A DNA stretch of 62,815 bases from NCBI GenBank assembly GCA_043805595.1, contig JAZDHV010000027.1:1-62815 (forward strand), written 5' to 3'. Positions within the stretch are counted from its first letter, which is position 1. Every line of letters starts with the position of its first letter. The stretch comes from Candidatus Woesearchaeota archaeon. Lineage in GTDB: Archaea; Nanobdellota; Nanobdellia; Woesearchaeales; JAGVYU01. Position numbers and translations under genes: made by a program. Shown piece after piece: positions 1 through 9,046 of this stretch. The notes under the pieces are model-generated. The model was not told the origin of the DNA. It saw nothing but the letters and a program-made list of their open reading frames with translations, and did not search any database.

Positions 1-130
1 ATATTATAATTAATAGTATTTAAAGTTTTTGCTTTTATGGTTAATAATAACAAAAAAAAAGAAATGAAATGAAAAATTTTTTGTGATTGGATTAGTACAT
101 TGATGAATGAAGTTTTTATGTTTAAAGTAA

Positions 131-634
131 ATGTTTATAAATAAGTTTAGATTCATGATTCGTATGGGGAATGGAGAGAATGAAGGAAATGGAGAAAAGC
201 CATCAGACTCAAGAGCTGAAGATCTTAAAACAACACTAGATTTAAAACAACCATTAGAATTTATTTTGGCAAATGCTAGAACACCAGGTCATGAAAAAGA
301 ATATTTGGACTATAAATTTATAAGAGATGACTTTCTCGAATATGTGGCAAGACAGACAGAAGGGGAAATCAGTCCAGCAGATGTTTTTATTGATCCTGAC
401 ATAAGAAGATGCGAAGCAAAGCTCCTATTGCCTGAAAAATTCCATATTCTTGCACAAGTTACAGGTGTCAAGAATATTTATAGAAATGGAACACTTCATT
501 ATTTTGTTGATGTTGGGTTAGGAACACCAAATGAGATGTGCTGGAAAGTCAGACTGGATACAAGTGATACAAGTGCGCTTTTTTCATTCCTATCAAGATA
601 TGGAGAACAATATCATATAAATAAAATAGAATGA
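131..634 (+). CDS. hypothetical protein (orphan); start uncertain, alternative ATGs at 155 and 164
   Basis: Uninterrupted 167-codon ORF in an AT-rich context. No motif recognised. Confidence 0.5.
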   Translation: MFINKFRFMIRMGNGENEGNGEKPSDSRAEDLKTTLDLKQPLEFILANARTPGHEKEYLDYKFIRDDFLEYVARQTEGEISPADVFIDPDIRRCEAKLLLPEKFHILAQVTGVKNIYRNGTLHYFVDVGLGTPNEMCWKVRLDTSDTSALFSFLSRYGEQYHINKIE

Positions 635-682
635 TCCGATCATCTCTTCTTTTAGTATAATAAGAAAAGAGAAAAAAATTAA

Positions 683-845
683 TATGTCAGAAATATACCA
701 CTGGTCTACATGATCAGTGGACAATAGTCCACAATCCATTTTTGGAAGGGGGTATATTTCTGAGCATGCTCAAAGTCGGCAGGGTGGGCGAAGCGAACAT
801 ACCACCAGTCAATTGACTAGTGGTCCCTGCCGACTTTGACAAAAA
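683..845 (+). repeat. Hairpin-rich repeat element, family 1, copy A
   Basis: About nine in ten positions match 44722-44883 by eye. Long-range stem CAGAAATATACC/GGTATATTTCTG. Hairpins CCACTG..CAGTGG and CCACCAGTC..GACTAGTGG, nested in GTCGGCAGGG/CCCTGCCGAC. The reading frames through the two copies are not conserved. Confidence 0.8.
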
Positions 846-847
846 AA

Positions 848-1060
848 TTACTTTTTCTTTGATTCTGCTTTTCCTTCTGTCTTGCATGTAGGACAATATC
901 CTTTACAAAACATGCATATTGCCATCAACAAGAACAATATTGTGTACCAGCTGATATTCCAGAAGTTCCAGACCTTCAAATCCTGCAGAAGGAACAACAC
1001 ACCCAATACCAATACTAACAGAGCGCATAGCTTACCGCATTTGCTGCACATATGACCCAT
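848..1060 (-). CDS. small Cys-rich membrane protein (hypothetical)
   Basis: 70-aa ORF with two hydrophobic helices and CxxC-like pairs (CSKCGKLC, CPTC). No assigned family. Confidence 0.45.
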   Translation of the reverse strand: MGHMCSKCGKLCALLVLVLGVLFLLQDLKVWNFWNISWYTILFLLMAICMFCKGYCPTCKTEGKAESKKK

Positions 1061-1123
1061 GATTTCACCCCTTTTATTTAATGATAATATCCAAAATCAG
1101 CTAGTATAAAAAGGTTGCTGTTT

Positions 1124-1957
1124 TTAGATTCTTTCAAGAATTTTTCCAATATCGCCTATTATATCAGAAGCAATAAAAGAATAAGCACCTTTTCTATCTT
1201 TTAGAAGCCTGTCACCAATGATTCCATTTATGAAAGCAGCATTTATTGCAGACTGCTGCAATGAGAGGCCTTGTGCAACAAATCCAGCGCAGATTCCAGC
1301 CAAGACATCACCAGTACCTGCCTTAGTCATACCAGGATTGCCTGTCTTGTTGTAAAAGGTCTTGTTCTTAGAGATTATCTGGTCAACTGGGCCTTTTATC
1401 AGGATTATGTTATTATTGATGTGTTTTCTGAAAACTTCTTTATCAAGTTTTGAGTTCTTCAGAAGGATCTCAAACTCTTTTTGATGAGGGGTTAGGACTG
1501 CATTTTTATGTCTTAAATCCTGAAGTTTAATATGTTTTAATGCATCTGCATCAATTACTAACGGCTTATTTGGCTTTTTATTGCAATAATCTTTTACGAA
1601 TTTTTTAACAAATGTTTTTGCATGCATTCCAATGCCGCTTCCAATCAGGACTGCATCAAATCTATTCTCTTTCTCAAATTTGAGAATATCTTTTGCTCTG
1701 GAAGCGCAGAAATCATCACCTCTGTATTTTTTCACAACCAGATCTGGAGAAATAGCATTGATTGCATAGCCTACCTTTTCTGGTGCAGCAATAGTCACCC
1801 AATCACATCCAGAACGGAGGGCAGCCAACCCAGCCAATGCAACAGCACCAACATAATCCCTTGATCCTCCAATAATAAGAAGCCTTCCATTATCACCCTT
1901 GTGGCTGGATTTATTCCTTTTTGGGAGGACAATATCATTTTTTAATATGAATTTCAT
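1124..1957 (-). CDS. nnrD: ADP/ATP-dependent NAD(P)H-hydrate dehydratase (YjeF C-terminal / carbohydrate kinase family)
   Basis: Motifs GDNGRLLIIGGS, AAPEKV and GTGDVLAG are typical of the YjeF_C family. Confidence 0.9.
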   Translation of the reverse strand: MKFILKNDIVLPKRNKSSHKGDNGRLLIIGGSRDYVGAVALAGLAALRSGCDWVTIAAPEKVGYAINAISPDLVVKKYRGDDFCASRAKDILKFEKENRFDAVLIGSGIGMHAKTFVKKFVKDYCNKKPNKPLVIDADALKHIKLQDLRHKNAVLTPHQKEFEILLKNSKLDKEVFRKHINNNIILIKGPVDQIISKNKTFYNKTGNPGMTKAGTGDVLAGICAGFVAQGLSLQQSAINAAFINGIIGDRLLKDRKGAYSFIASDIIGDIGKILERI

Positions 1958-2062
1958 AGTATTTATTGATGTCTTCTTACTATATAAAATTTATTACAAA
2001 TTCATATATTAGAAGGTTAATTAATAATAATATTTAAAAAACCATATTCATTCCTGACTAAT

Positions 2063-3010
2063 ATGATAAAAGACCTAAAAGATACAATGGATCATATTGA
2101 TGGACTGATAGAAGGACTGACAGCAGAGCATATTGTAAAAAAAGAGCAAGGCCACTGGGGATTTGGAAGAAGATTTCATACTGAAGAGAGAGGTGTTCCA
2201 GGATCTGATGAAAAGGAAGAGTGGATTATAGATAAACCAGCTCAAAAAAGGCCAAACATATCAAAAAGAGATGAATCAAGAAGAGAGCTTTCACATCTAT
2301 TTCATTCATGCGATTATTTCAGCGGAAGATACAAGATTGGATTGGCAATAAATGCTGATCCAAAACAATTAGACCATATGATAAGAGGAGGATTGGTCGG
2401 ACTTCAGGCCAGGCTTCATGCAGTGCTTGAGCCCCATGAACAAAGCTATCGAAAGCCAGAAGAACCATGTGTATTAGAATACAGATGCTGGGATGCTCAA
2501 CTCGCAAGAGGTGCCCATTCAAATGATTCAGATGATTTTACAGGATATTGCCAAGACTGCGAAGTGCTCAGGGACGAATATGAGCTGGATATGGCAAGAT
2601 GGAGGAATGATGTCCTGGAATGGGAGAGAAGCGGAGGAAAAAGGATAGTGACAGACCAGCCTGATCTTATCGCCAGAAACACAGCAAGAGCTGACCTGGA
2701 ACTGTTATACAAGCTTGCAGAACAATACGACTTAAGAGGGAGTATCAGCTCAATACTTGATATACCAGTACCTGAATTTTTTGAAGATGAGATGCAAAGG
2801 GGAACAATCTTAGGAAATCCAGAATATCATGCAGTTTTTCGAAGTGGAAAAGAAAGAAAAAACAGAATAGATGCAGCAAAAGTATTGGGGAAAAGCAGAT
2901 GGGAAATATTGGATAATGAGTTTCCAAAGTCAGCGTGCGCAATAAGGATTGCTGCTGGAGTTGGAATAGGTTTTGGGATGATCTATGCAGTCACGCAATA
3001 TTTGCATTAA
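2063..3010 (+). CDS. hypothetical protein with a C-terminal transmembrane anchor
   Basis: 315-aa ORF rich in charged residues. C-terminal hydrophobic helix IRIAAGVGIGFGMIYAV. Confidence 0.6.
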   Translation: MIKDLKDTMDHIDGLIEGLTAEHIVKKEQGHWGFGRRFHTEERGVPGSDEKEEWIIDKPAQKRPNISKRDESRRELSHLFHSCDYFSGRYKIGLAINADPKQLDHMIRGGLVGLQARLHAVLEPHEQSYRKPEEPCVLEYRCWDAQLARGAHSNDSDDFTGYCQDCEVLRDEYELDMARWRNDVLEWERSGGKRIVTDQPDLIARNTARADLELLYKLAEQYDLRGSISSILDIPVPEFFEDEMQRGTILGNPEYHAVFRSGKERKNRIDAAKVLGKSRWEILDNEFPKSACAIRIAAGVGIGFGMIYAVTQYLH

Positions 3011-3126
3011 TATTGAAGATTACTGAAAATTTTTTAAATAAATTATTGTTTAAATTATAATTTACAATTAATTCATTTCTAAAAAGCAAAAAAAATTATA
3101 TCTATCGTGATTATTACGTTAAAACT

Positions 3127-3160
3127 CGAAAAAACATTTTTTTGGCGGTAAACTATATAT
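3127..3160 (+). promoter_or_regulatory. conserved upstream module (A6-CA-T7 + GGTAAAC + TATA), copy 1 of 3
   Basis: CGAAAAAACATTTTTTTGGCGGTAAACTATATATA. Near-identical modules at 7495-7530 and 44911-44947. Lies about 90 nt upstream of the ATG at 3249. Confidence 0.4.
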
Positions 3161-3248
3161 ATTATTTATGATTACTAGTAAATCTGGCTCTGATATCTTT
3201 TAGATTATTTAACCATATCTTAGCTTATAATTTTCAGGGGGAGATATT

Positions 3249-4331
3249 ATGCCAGGAGAAATAGATCGAAGGAATTTTCTAAGTGCTTCATGTACAGCTG
3301 CTGCAAGAACTTCATTAGCAGCTATATTGGGATCAGCTGTTTTAGGTCCAGCCCTTGTTGGCTGCCCTGAATATCCAACAATTCCTATACCTATTATAAA
3401 TCCACCTACACCGCCGCCTGTTGTGGTTGACCCTATTGAGGCTGAAAGATTGGTTGAGACAGGAGTCACAGCTGTTGTGGAGGATTTTTATGAAAGGACT
3501 TATTCGTTTGCAGACGCACAATCCCTGCCTAAAATATTCAATAACTCTTGGGAACTGCCTTACCAGCTAGGGCAAACCGGGCTTGTTTCCTTGACAGTTG
3601 AGCAGAATGGAGTTTTTTATGTCTGCGACTTTGCGCAGATAGCAGGCATCCAGCAGGAAAAGACAGGAGATAATAAGACAAGAGTAAATACAATCTCAGG
3701 CTTAGTATTTGATGGGCAATGGATTCCTAATGACAGGACTACTAATTTTTACAGGGATTCAGGCCATCCCCTTGAAGAGGGATACATTGGAGGTTATGTA
3801 GATCAGGCTCCTTCAAGGATCCACATTAGCGAGGTTAAGGAGATTACTTTTGAGATGCCTCCTGAAGAAAAACAGGATTCTGAATTACCCTATTATCCAA
3901 AATATATTGAACTGTTTGATGGCTCAGCCTTTGAAACAGATATAGGATTCTTAATGGATTTTTGCGGGCATTATTGGCGGAATCAATTTCATGAAAGGAT
4001 GAAAGATACCTGCCAAATAGCAAGAGTGTATGACAGCAGCCCTAAAGGGGTCGGCTATGCCCCATACCCTCTTGCAGATATTCGAGAGATTGAGTTTTTA
4101 GGAACATTTGACCCTGATCTCCCTCAATGCAGGCATATTATCATGAGGTTTTTAGACGGCTCTGAGCAGGAAGAACTATTGTATCTTACTAGCGAATCTT
4201 ATTATGGATCTGAATCACACAGCTCGCGCTACAGGGATTACGATAAAATGTATGCAAAACAGGATTATGGTGCAGCATTGATTCCTTTAGACATGGTAAA
4301 GAAAATCATACCAATCCATGAGGAGGTGTAA
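3249..4331 (+). CDS. secreted hypothetical protein with a twin-arginine signal and a lipobox-like Cys
   Basis: N-terminus has DRRNFLSAS, a hydrophobic stretch, then LVGC. A GGGGGAG Shine-Dalgarno-like sequence precedes the ATG. Confidence 0.7.
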   Translation: MPGEIDRRNFLSASCTAAARTSLAAILGSAVLGPALVGCPEYPTIPIPIINPPTPPPVVVDPIEAERLVETGVTAVVEDFYERTYSFADAQSLPKIFNNSWELPYQLGQTGLVSLTVEQNGVFYVCDFAQIAGIQQEKTGDNKTRVNTISGLVFDGQWIPNDRTTNFYRDSGHPLEEGYIGGYVDQAPSRIHISEVKEITFEMPPEEKQDSELPYYPKYIELFDGSAFETDIGFLMDFCGHYWRNQFHERMKDTCQIARVYDSSPKGVGYAPYPLADIREIEFLGTFDPDLPQCRHIIMRFLDGSEQEELLYLTSESYYGSESHSSRYRDYDKMYAKQDYGAALIPLDMVKKIIPIHEEV

Positions 4332-4332
4332 A

Positions 4333-6075
4333 TTGTCAGAAAAAATTATTAATAGGAGAACAATATTAAAAGCTGCATCTGCTGGTGTTTCTGTAGGTAT
4401 ATTAGGATGCCCAATGAATGGTCAGCCTCCACCACCTCCTCCACCACCTCCACTTCCTGGAGCATTTGACATTGGAGCAATTGTCGGCAATTGGACAGAA
4501 GGGGATTATCCTGTCAATACCAATTGGCAAAAACAAACATTCTTTGATTCACAGGGTATTGCCAGAGCTGATATAACAGATACTTTTCCTCAGACAGGAG
4601 CAGGATCATTAGAGTTGGAACTTGATATACGAGGCCAGACCCAGACCAATAGGAATGGAGAAGTGTTTGTTGATCTTAGATATATGCCTGACCATGATGC
4701 AAGAACTCCAGTAATAATACAAAGATATCCAGATGGAAAACCTATTGGTGTAGATCTCTCAAATAAATATCTTTATGCCTGGGTCTTCTGCCCATTAGGT
4801 ACTGCAGGGAGCCGAAGTGCTCCAAATGGAGTGCAGATATTCATGAAAAGTGTCAGCCTAGTCAATGACCAGGAAGTCTGGAGAAGCTATTATGGAAATT
4901 GGCAGAATATCTGGATAGGCTCAAGAGATTCTGGAGCACACCCAGATCTGGGAAATGTCATAGCTGGATTATGGAGCCCTATCATTGTTCATGTCCCCTA
5001 CTCAACCCAATCAGGATTAAGCTGGACTCCGACTTTTGGAGATGTTGAAGCTGGTTTTGTTCCTGAAAGTGTCGCTTTGCTTGGAATAAAATACGGGCTT
5101 AATGATAATTCACTTGGAAATGTAAGCTCAAGAATCTTTGTTGATAATTTTGGCTGGTCTGATTTAGATAATGATGAAGATGTTGCATTCAGATTTGATC
5201 AGACAAACAATCCAATAACTGACTTAAGATACAGTGGATTTAATGCAGGATCAATACTGCAGACAGAATATATGGATACTCTCACTTCAACAAGCATCCA
5301 CCCTGTTGCAAGAAAAACCCACTCAGATGAGGAAATTATTGCATTAATAGATGAAATGAAAGCAAATGATATGACTGTCTCATTAAAGCCACATGTTGAT
5401 ATATCAACAGATGAATGGAGAGGGCTCATACATTTCAATAATGAGGCAGATAAAGCAGCATGGTTCAATGCATACACTGATTTCATAACTCATTATGCTG
5501 CTTTGGCTGAAGCAAATGGTGTTGAAATGCTTGTAATGGGAACTGAATTCCAGAGCATTGATGGAAATGAAAACAAACAATATTGGGGGCATGTTGTTGA
5601 TGCTGTCAGGAATGTATTTTTTGGAACATTGACTTATGCCGCAAATTGGGACAGCTATTGGCAGACTTGCTTATGGGATTTTGATGGCATTGATGCTGTT
5701 GGGATTGACGCTTATTTTCCATTAAGCTCAAACAGGGATCCTTCACTGCAAGAACTAGTGAATGGATGGAGTCCGCATGTTGCTGCACTTGAAACCTGGC
5801 AAGCAAATATAGGCAAACCAATAATATTTACAGAATTAGGGTATAGGTCAGTTGATTATGCTGCAAGAGAACCTTGGGAATATCAGGAGGACAGGCCTGT
5901 GAATCTTGAATTGCAGAAAAGATGCTATCAAGCTGTATATGATGTCTTTGGTGGGAAGGATTGGTTTGATGGATTCTATGTCTGGAATGTATCTCCGAGA
6001 AAAGATGACGGAGGACCATTCAATAAAGACTTCACACCTTACCATAAACCTGCACAGGGCGCATTTATTACTTGA
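4333..6075 (+). CDS. secreted TIM-barrel glycoside-hydrolase-like protein (clan GH-A type) with a Tat signal and lipobox-like Cys
   Basis: NRRTILKAA...GILGC followed by a poly-Pro linker. The C-terminal region has MGTEF and FTELGY, the typical acid/base and nucleophile Glu contexts. GGAGGTG lies 4 nt before TTG 4333. The longest ORF starts at ATG 4318. Confidence 0.7.
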   Translation: MSEKIINRRTILKAASAGVSVGILGCPMNGQPPPPPPPPPLPGAFDIGAIVGNWTEGDYPVNTNWQKQTFFDSQGIARADITDTFPQTGAGSLELELDIRGQTQTNRNGEVFVDLRYMPDHDARTPVIIQRYPDGKPIGVDLSNKYLYAWVFCPLGTAGSRSAPNGVQIFMKSVSLVNDQEVWRSYYGNWQNIWIGSRDSGAHPDLGNVIAGLWSPIIVHVPYSTQSGLSWTPTFGDVEAGFVPESVALLGIKYGLNDNSLGNVSSRIFVDNFGWSDLDNDEDVAFRFDQTNNPITDLRYSGFNAGSILQTEYMDTLTSTSIHPVARKTHSDEEIIALIDEMKANDMTVSLKPHVDISTDEWRGLIHFNNEADKAAWFNAYTDFITHYAALAEANGVEMLVMGTEFQSIDGNENKQYWGHVVDAVRNVFFGTLTYAANWDSYWQTCLWDFDGIDAVGIDAYFPLSSNRDPSLQELVNGWSPHVAALETWQANIGKPIIFTELGYRSVDYAAREPWEYQEDRPVNLELQKRCYQAVYDVFGGKDWFDGFYVWNVSPRKDDGGPFNKDFTPYHKPAQGAFIT

Positions 6076-6127
6076 TGGTTTTTATTTTTGTTAAGAAAAA
6101 ACAGTTTTTATTAAAAAAAAGAAAACT

Positions 6128-7408
6128 TTAATATCTCATCTTCTCAGCTATCCTTTCCATGCCAAGCATGTAGGCTCCAATTCTAGGGACACAGCAGAAC
6201 TTTTTAGCTTTTTCTAATACCAGTCTTGTGTTTCTTCGCATTGCGTTCTCTAATTTTCCATCAATCTGAGGTCCAGACCAACTCTGTCTTGCCAGATTCT
6301 GCTGCCATTCATAACAGGATACTGTCACACCACCAGCATTTGCAAGGACATCAGGAAGGACTAACACTCCTTTTGTATAAAGCCTATTATCAGCACTTGG
6401 TGTAGTTGGACCATTTGCAAGCTCAACAACGACTTTTGCAGATATCTGGTCAACATTGCTTTCTGTTATAACTTCTTCTAAAGCAGATGGAGCCAGTACA
6501 TCACAAGGCATCTCTAATATCTTATTGTTGCCAATACTTTTGGTATTAGGATTATATTGAGTAAATCCTGCAACACTGCCTTTGCTTTTCTTGCATTTCA
6601 TGATCTCCTCTGGATCCATCCCATCAGGATTATAGATTCCTCCTTTTGAATCAGAAACTCCAACAATCCTGTATCCTTCTTCATGCAGAAGCTTTGCAAA
6701 AAAATAACCAGCATTTCCAAAACCCTGGACAACAACTCTTGCACCTTTTGGATCATCTATTTTAATATAACCTCTCTCAATAGATTCTCTTAATGCAAAT
6801 TGGCCTCCTCTTGCTGTTGCTGTGTCTCTTCCAAGAGAGCCGCCATCTTTAAGATCCTTTCCAGTGACAACACCTAAAATATCACCTCGAACACATCCAT
6901 TTGATTTGGCATATTCATCAACAATCCAACCCATTATTTGCGGAGTTGTATAAACATCAGAAGCTGGAATATCCTTGTCAGGGCCAATATTAGGAGCAAG
7001 CATCCTTGTGAAAGCTCGAGTCATCCTCTCAAGCTCGCCTTCAGACAATGCAGGAACACCATCATGGGGCCTTGGATCACAGATGACACCTCCTTTTCCA
7101 CCACCAAGAGGAAGATCAAGGCAAGCTGTCTTTATAGTCATCCAAGTTGCCAAGGCCCTGATCTCATCAAGATTCACATTCCAATGATATCTGAGGCCTC
7201 CTTTATAAGGACCTCGCACATTATTATGCTGGACCCTGAATCCCTGGAATACCCTTGTGCTTCCATCATCCATAGGAACAGGAAACTTGACACTGATCTC
7301 TCTCTGAGGATGCATCAAAGACTCAGTTATGCCTCTGTCCAAGCCCATCAGTTCAGCAGACTGGCTTATAAAATACTGTGCGCAATGAAAAGGGTTTAGG
7401 TCTTCCAT
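6128..7408 (-). CDS. gdhA: glutamate dehydrogenase
   Basis: Motifs YKGGLRYH, PLGGGKGG and VQGFGNAG. The upstream part of the ORF (to 7522) has no GDH similarity, so the start is set at the Met of MEDLNPF. Confidence 0.9.
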   Translation of the reverse strand: MEDLNPFHCAQYFISQSAELMGLDRGITESLMHPQREISVKFPVPMDDGSTRVFQGFRVQHNNVRGPYKGGLRYHWNVNLDEIRALATWMTIKTACLDLPLGGGKGGVICDPRPHDGVPALSEGELERMTRAFTRMLAPNIGPDKDIPASDVYTTPQIMGWIVDEYAKSNGCVRGDILGVVTGKDLKDGGSLGRDTATARGGQFALRESIERGYIKIDDPKGARVVVQGFGNAGYFFAKLLHEEGYRIVGVSDSKGGIYNPDGMDPEEIMKCKKSKGSVAGFTQYNPNTKSIGNNKILEMPCDVLAPSALEEVITESNVDQISAKVVVELANGPTTPSADNRLYTKGVLVLPDVLANAGGVTVSCYEWQQNLARQSWSGPQIDGKLENAMRRNTRLVLEKAKKFCCVPRIGAYMLGMERIAEKMRY

Positions 7409-7494
7409 TTTTAATCTGGCATCTGGAGAAAAATATTGGTTTATAAACTTTTTTGTTATTATTACGGAAGATTGCGAATAACTAGAAAACCACA

Positions 7495-7530
7495 CGAAAA
7501 AACATTTTTTTGTAGTAAACATATTTAAAT
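7495..7530 (+). promoter_or_regulatory. conserved upstream module, copy 2 of 3
   Basis: CGAAAAAACATTTTTTTGTAGTAAACATATTTAAAT, about 60 nt upstream of the PFK-family gene. Confidence 0.4.
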
Positions 7531-7587
7531 ATTCAAGAGAATTCCCGTCTGTATTAATAAGAAATTAATAATTTTTAGGATTAATCT

Positions 7588-9039
7588 ATGAAAACTATGG
7601 AAAAACCAAATGCAATCTATATTATGAGTGGAGGAGGGACTCCTGTAATCAGTTCTAGTGCTTATGGTGCAATTAGTAGAACATTTGAAGATTATAGATC
7701 AAAGATAGGAACATTCTTTGCAGCAATCGGGGGCATGAGAGGTGTTATAAACGAGGATATCACAGATGTATTCAGATGGGCAGAGAAGAGTGATGATCCT
7801 GGAAGCGCATTAGGAAGGTTAAGATTCTTTGCAACACCAGTTTTTGGAACATCAAGACATGTGCAGGATGAAAAAGACAATCAAAGAATCATTGATGTGG
7901 CAAAAGCACATAATATCCATTACTTTTTTATCAATGGCGGAAATGATACAATGGAAAAATCATTATTGCTAAGACAATATGCTGATTTAATTGGATATCA
8001 TATTGTTGTCATCGGAGTGCCAAAAACCGTTGATAATGATATTTTAGAGACACACAGATGCCCTGGATATGCATCATTTGCAAAACAGGTTGCAATTGTA
8101 ACAAATGGTCTTCAGAATGACATGGATTCATTTGGATTTCAGAAAGGTGCATATAGGAATGGTCTGATAAAAGAAGGTGCAGTAGGCCAAGTAATAACAT
8201 TTATGGGGAGAGACCATGCATGGGGAGCACTCGGAAGCTTGTTAGCTTATGATGAAAGATTAGGACCTCATGCAATCCTTTCAAAAAACGGAGGATTTGA
8301 TGAAACAATGTTCCTAGACAGATGCCAAAATGCATGGGACAAACATGAAAGGCTTTTAGTAGTTGCATCAGAAGGAGCATTTGACAAGGAAGCTGAAGAA
8401 TATTTGGGATACAGGCTTGAAGTCCATGCAAGAGATAATCCTGATTTAACATTTAAAGTGCATAGAGATCCTCATAAAAATACAAGTGTCACGGACAGCA
8501 GAGTTGCATTATACCTAAAGCTATTGCTAGAGCATGAATTAAAAATAAAAATTGATGACTTAAAAGGATTTAAGATGAGGGAAGAAGGGCCAGGATATAA
8601 TGACAGGAACAATCTTGAGATAATGTCTGAACCAGATTATTTAGATGCAGTTGCAGTTGGAGAAAGAGCAGCAGATCTTGTGTTTGATCCAGTTGATGAT
8701 AAAAGAGCAGCAGTTGAGAAAGGTGTGATGGTCACATTAGGACCATCAATTGCAGACACTGGATATACTCCTCTAACAGAAGTTGCTGATCCAGAGATAG
8801 GTAGCAAGAACATGACACAGGGAATTGAGGTTTTAGACAGGCCAGGAAGAACATTATTGACTCCAGATGGAATGATGGTAGATGACATCAGTCTTTATAC
8901 TGAATATATTGAAGATATTGTAGATATTAATGGCCCAAACAGAAGGCAATTATTTTCTAAACAAGGATTCAGCCTTCCGTTAAGGCCAATACAATGGCCA
9001 CTTATAGAGAGATTATTGGAGCCTCATAGAAGAGAATAA
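7588..9039 (+). CDS. phosphofructokinase-family protein (ATP- or PPi-dependent, divergent)
   Basis: PFK-family motifs IMSGGGTP, FFINGGNDT and GVPKTVDNDI. Confidence 0.8.
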   Translation: MKTMEKPNAIYIMSGGGTPVISSSAYGAISRTFEDYRSKIGTFFAAIGGMRGVINEDITDVFRWAEKSDDPGSALGRLRFFATPVFGTSRHVQDEKDNQRIIDVAKAHNIHYFFINGGNDTMEKSLLLRQYADLIGYHIVVIGVPKTVDNDILETHRCPGYASFAKQVAIVTNGLQNDMDSFGFQKGAYRNGLIKEGAVGQVITFMGRDHAWGALGSLLAYDERLGPHAILSKNGGFDETMFLDRCQNAWDKHERLLVVASEGAFDKEAEEYLGYRLEVHARDNPDLTFKVHRDPHKNTSVTDSRVALYLKLLLEHELKIKIDDLKGFKMREEGPGYNDRNNLEIMSEPDYLDAVAVGERAADLVFDPVDDKRAAVEKGVMVTLGPSIADTGYTPLTEVADPEIGSKNMTQGIEVLDRPGRTLLTPDGMMVDDISLYTEYIEDIVDINGPNRRQLFSKQGFSLPLRPIQWPLIERLLEPHRRE

Positions 9040-9046
9040 AAATATC

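Noticed and set aside
683-845. Hammerhead-ribozyme reading of the repeat frame (GUC ... CUGAGCA)
   Set aside because: The core would need CUGAnGA followed by GAAA after stem II. Here position 8 is C, and no GAAA junction follows the CCACCAGTC hairpin. The reverse strand also lacks the core.
714-896. ORFs within the repeat elements (714-896, 11958-12146, 11968-12183, 44719-44937)
   Set aside because: The reading frames are not conserved between copies. For example, the frame that is open in copy B hits a stop after 9 codons in copy A.
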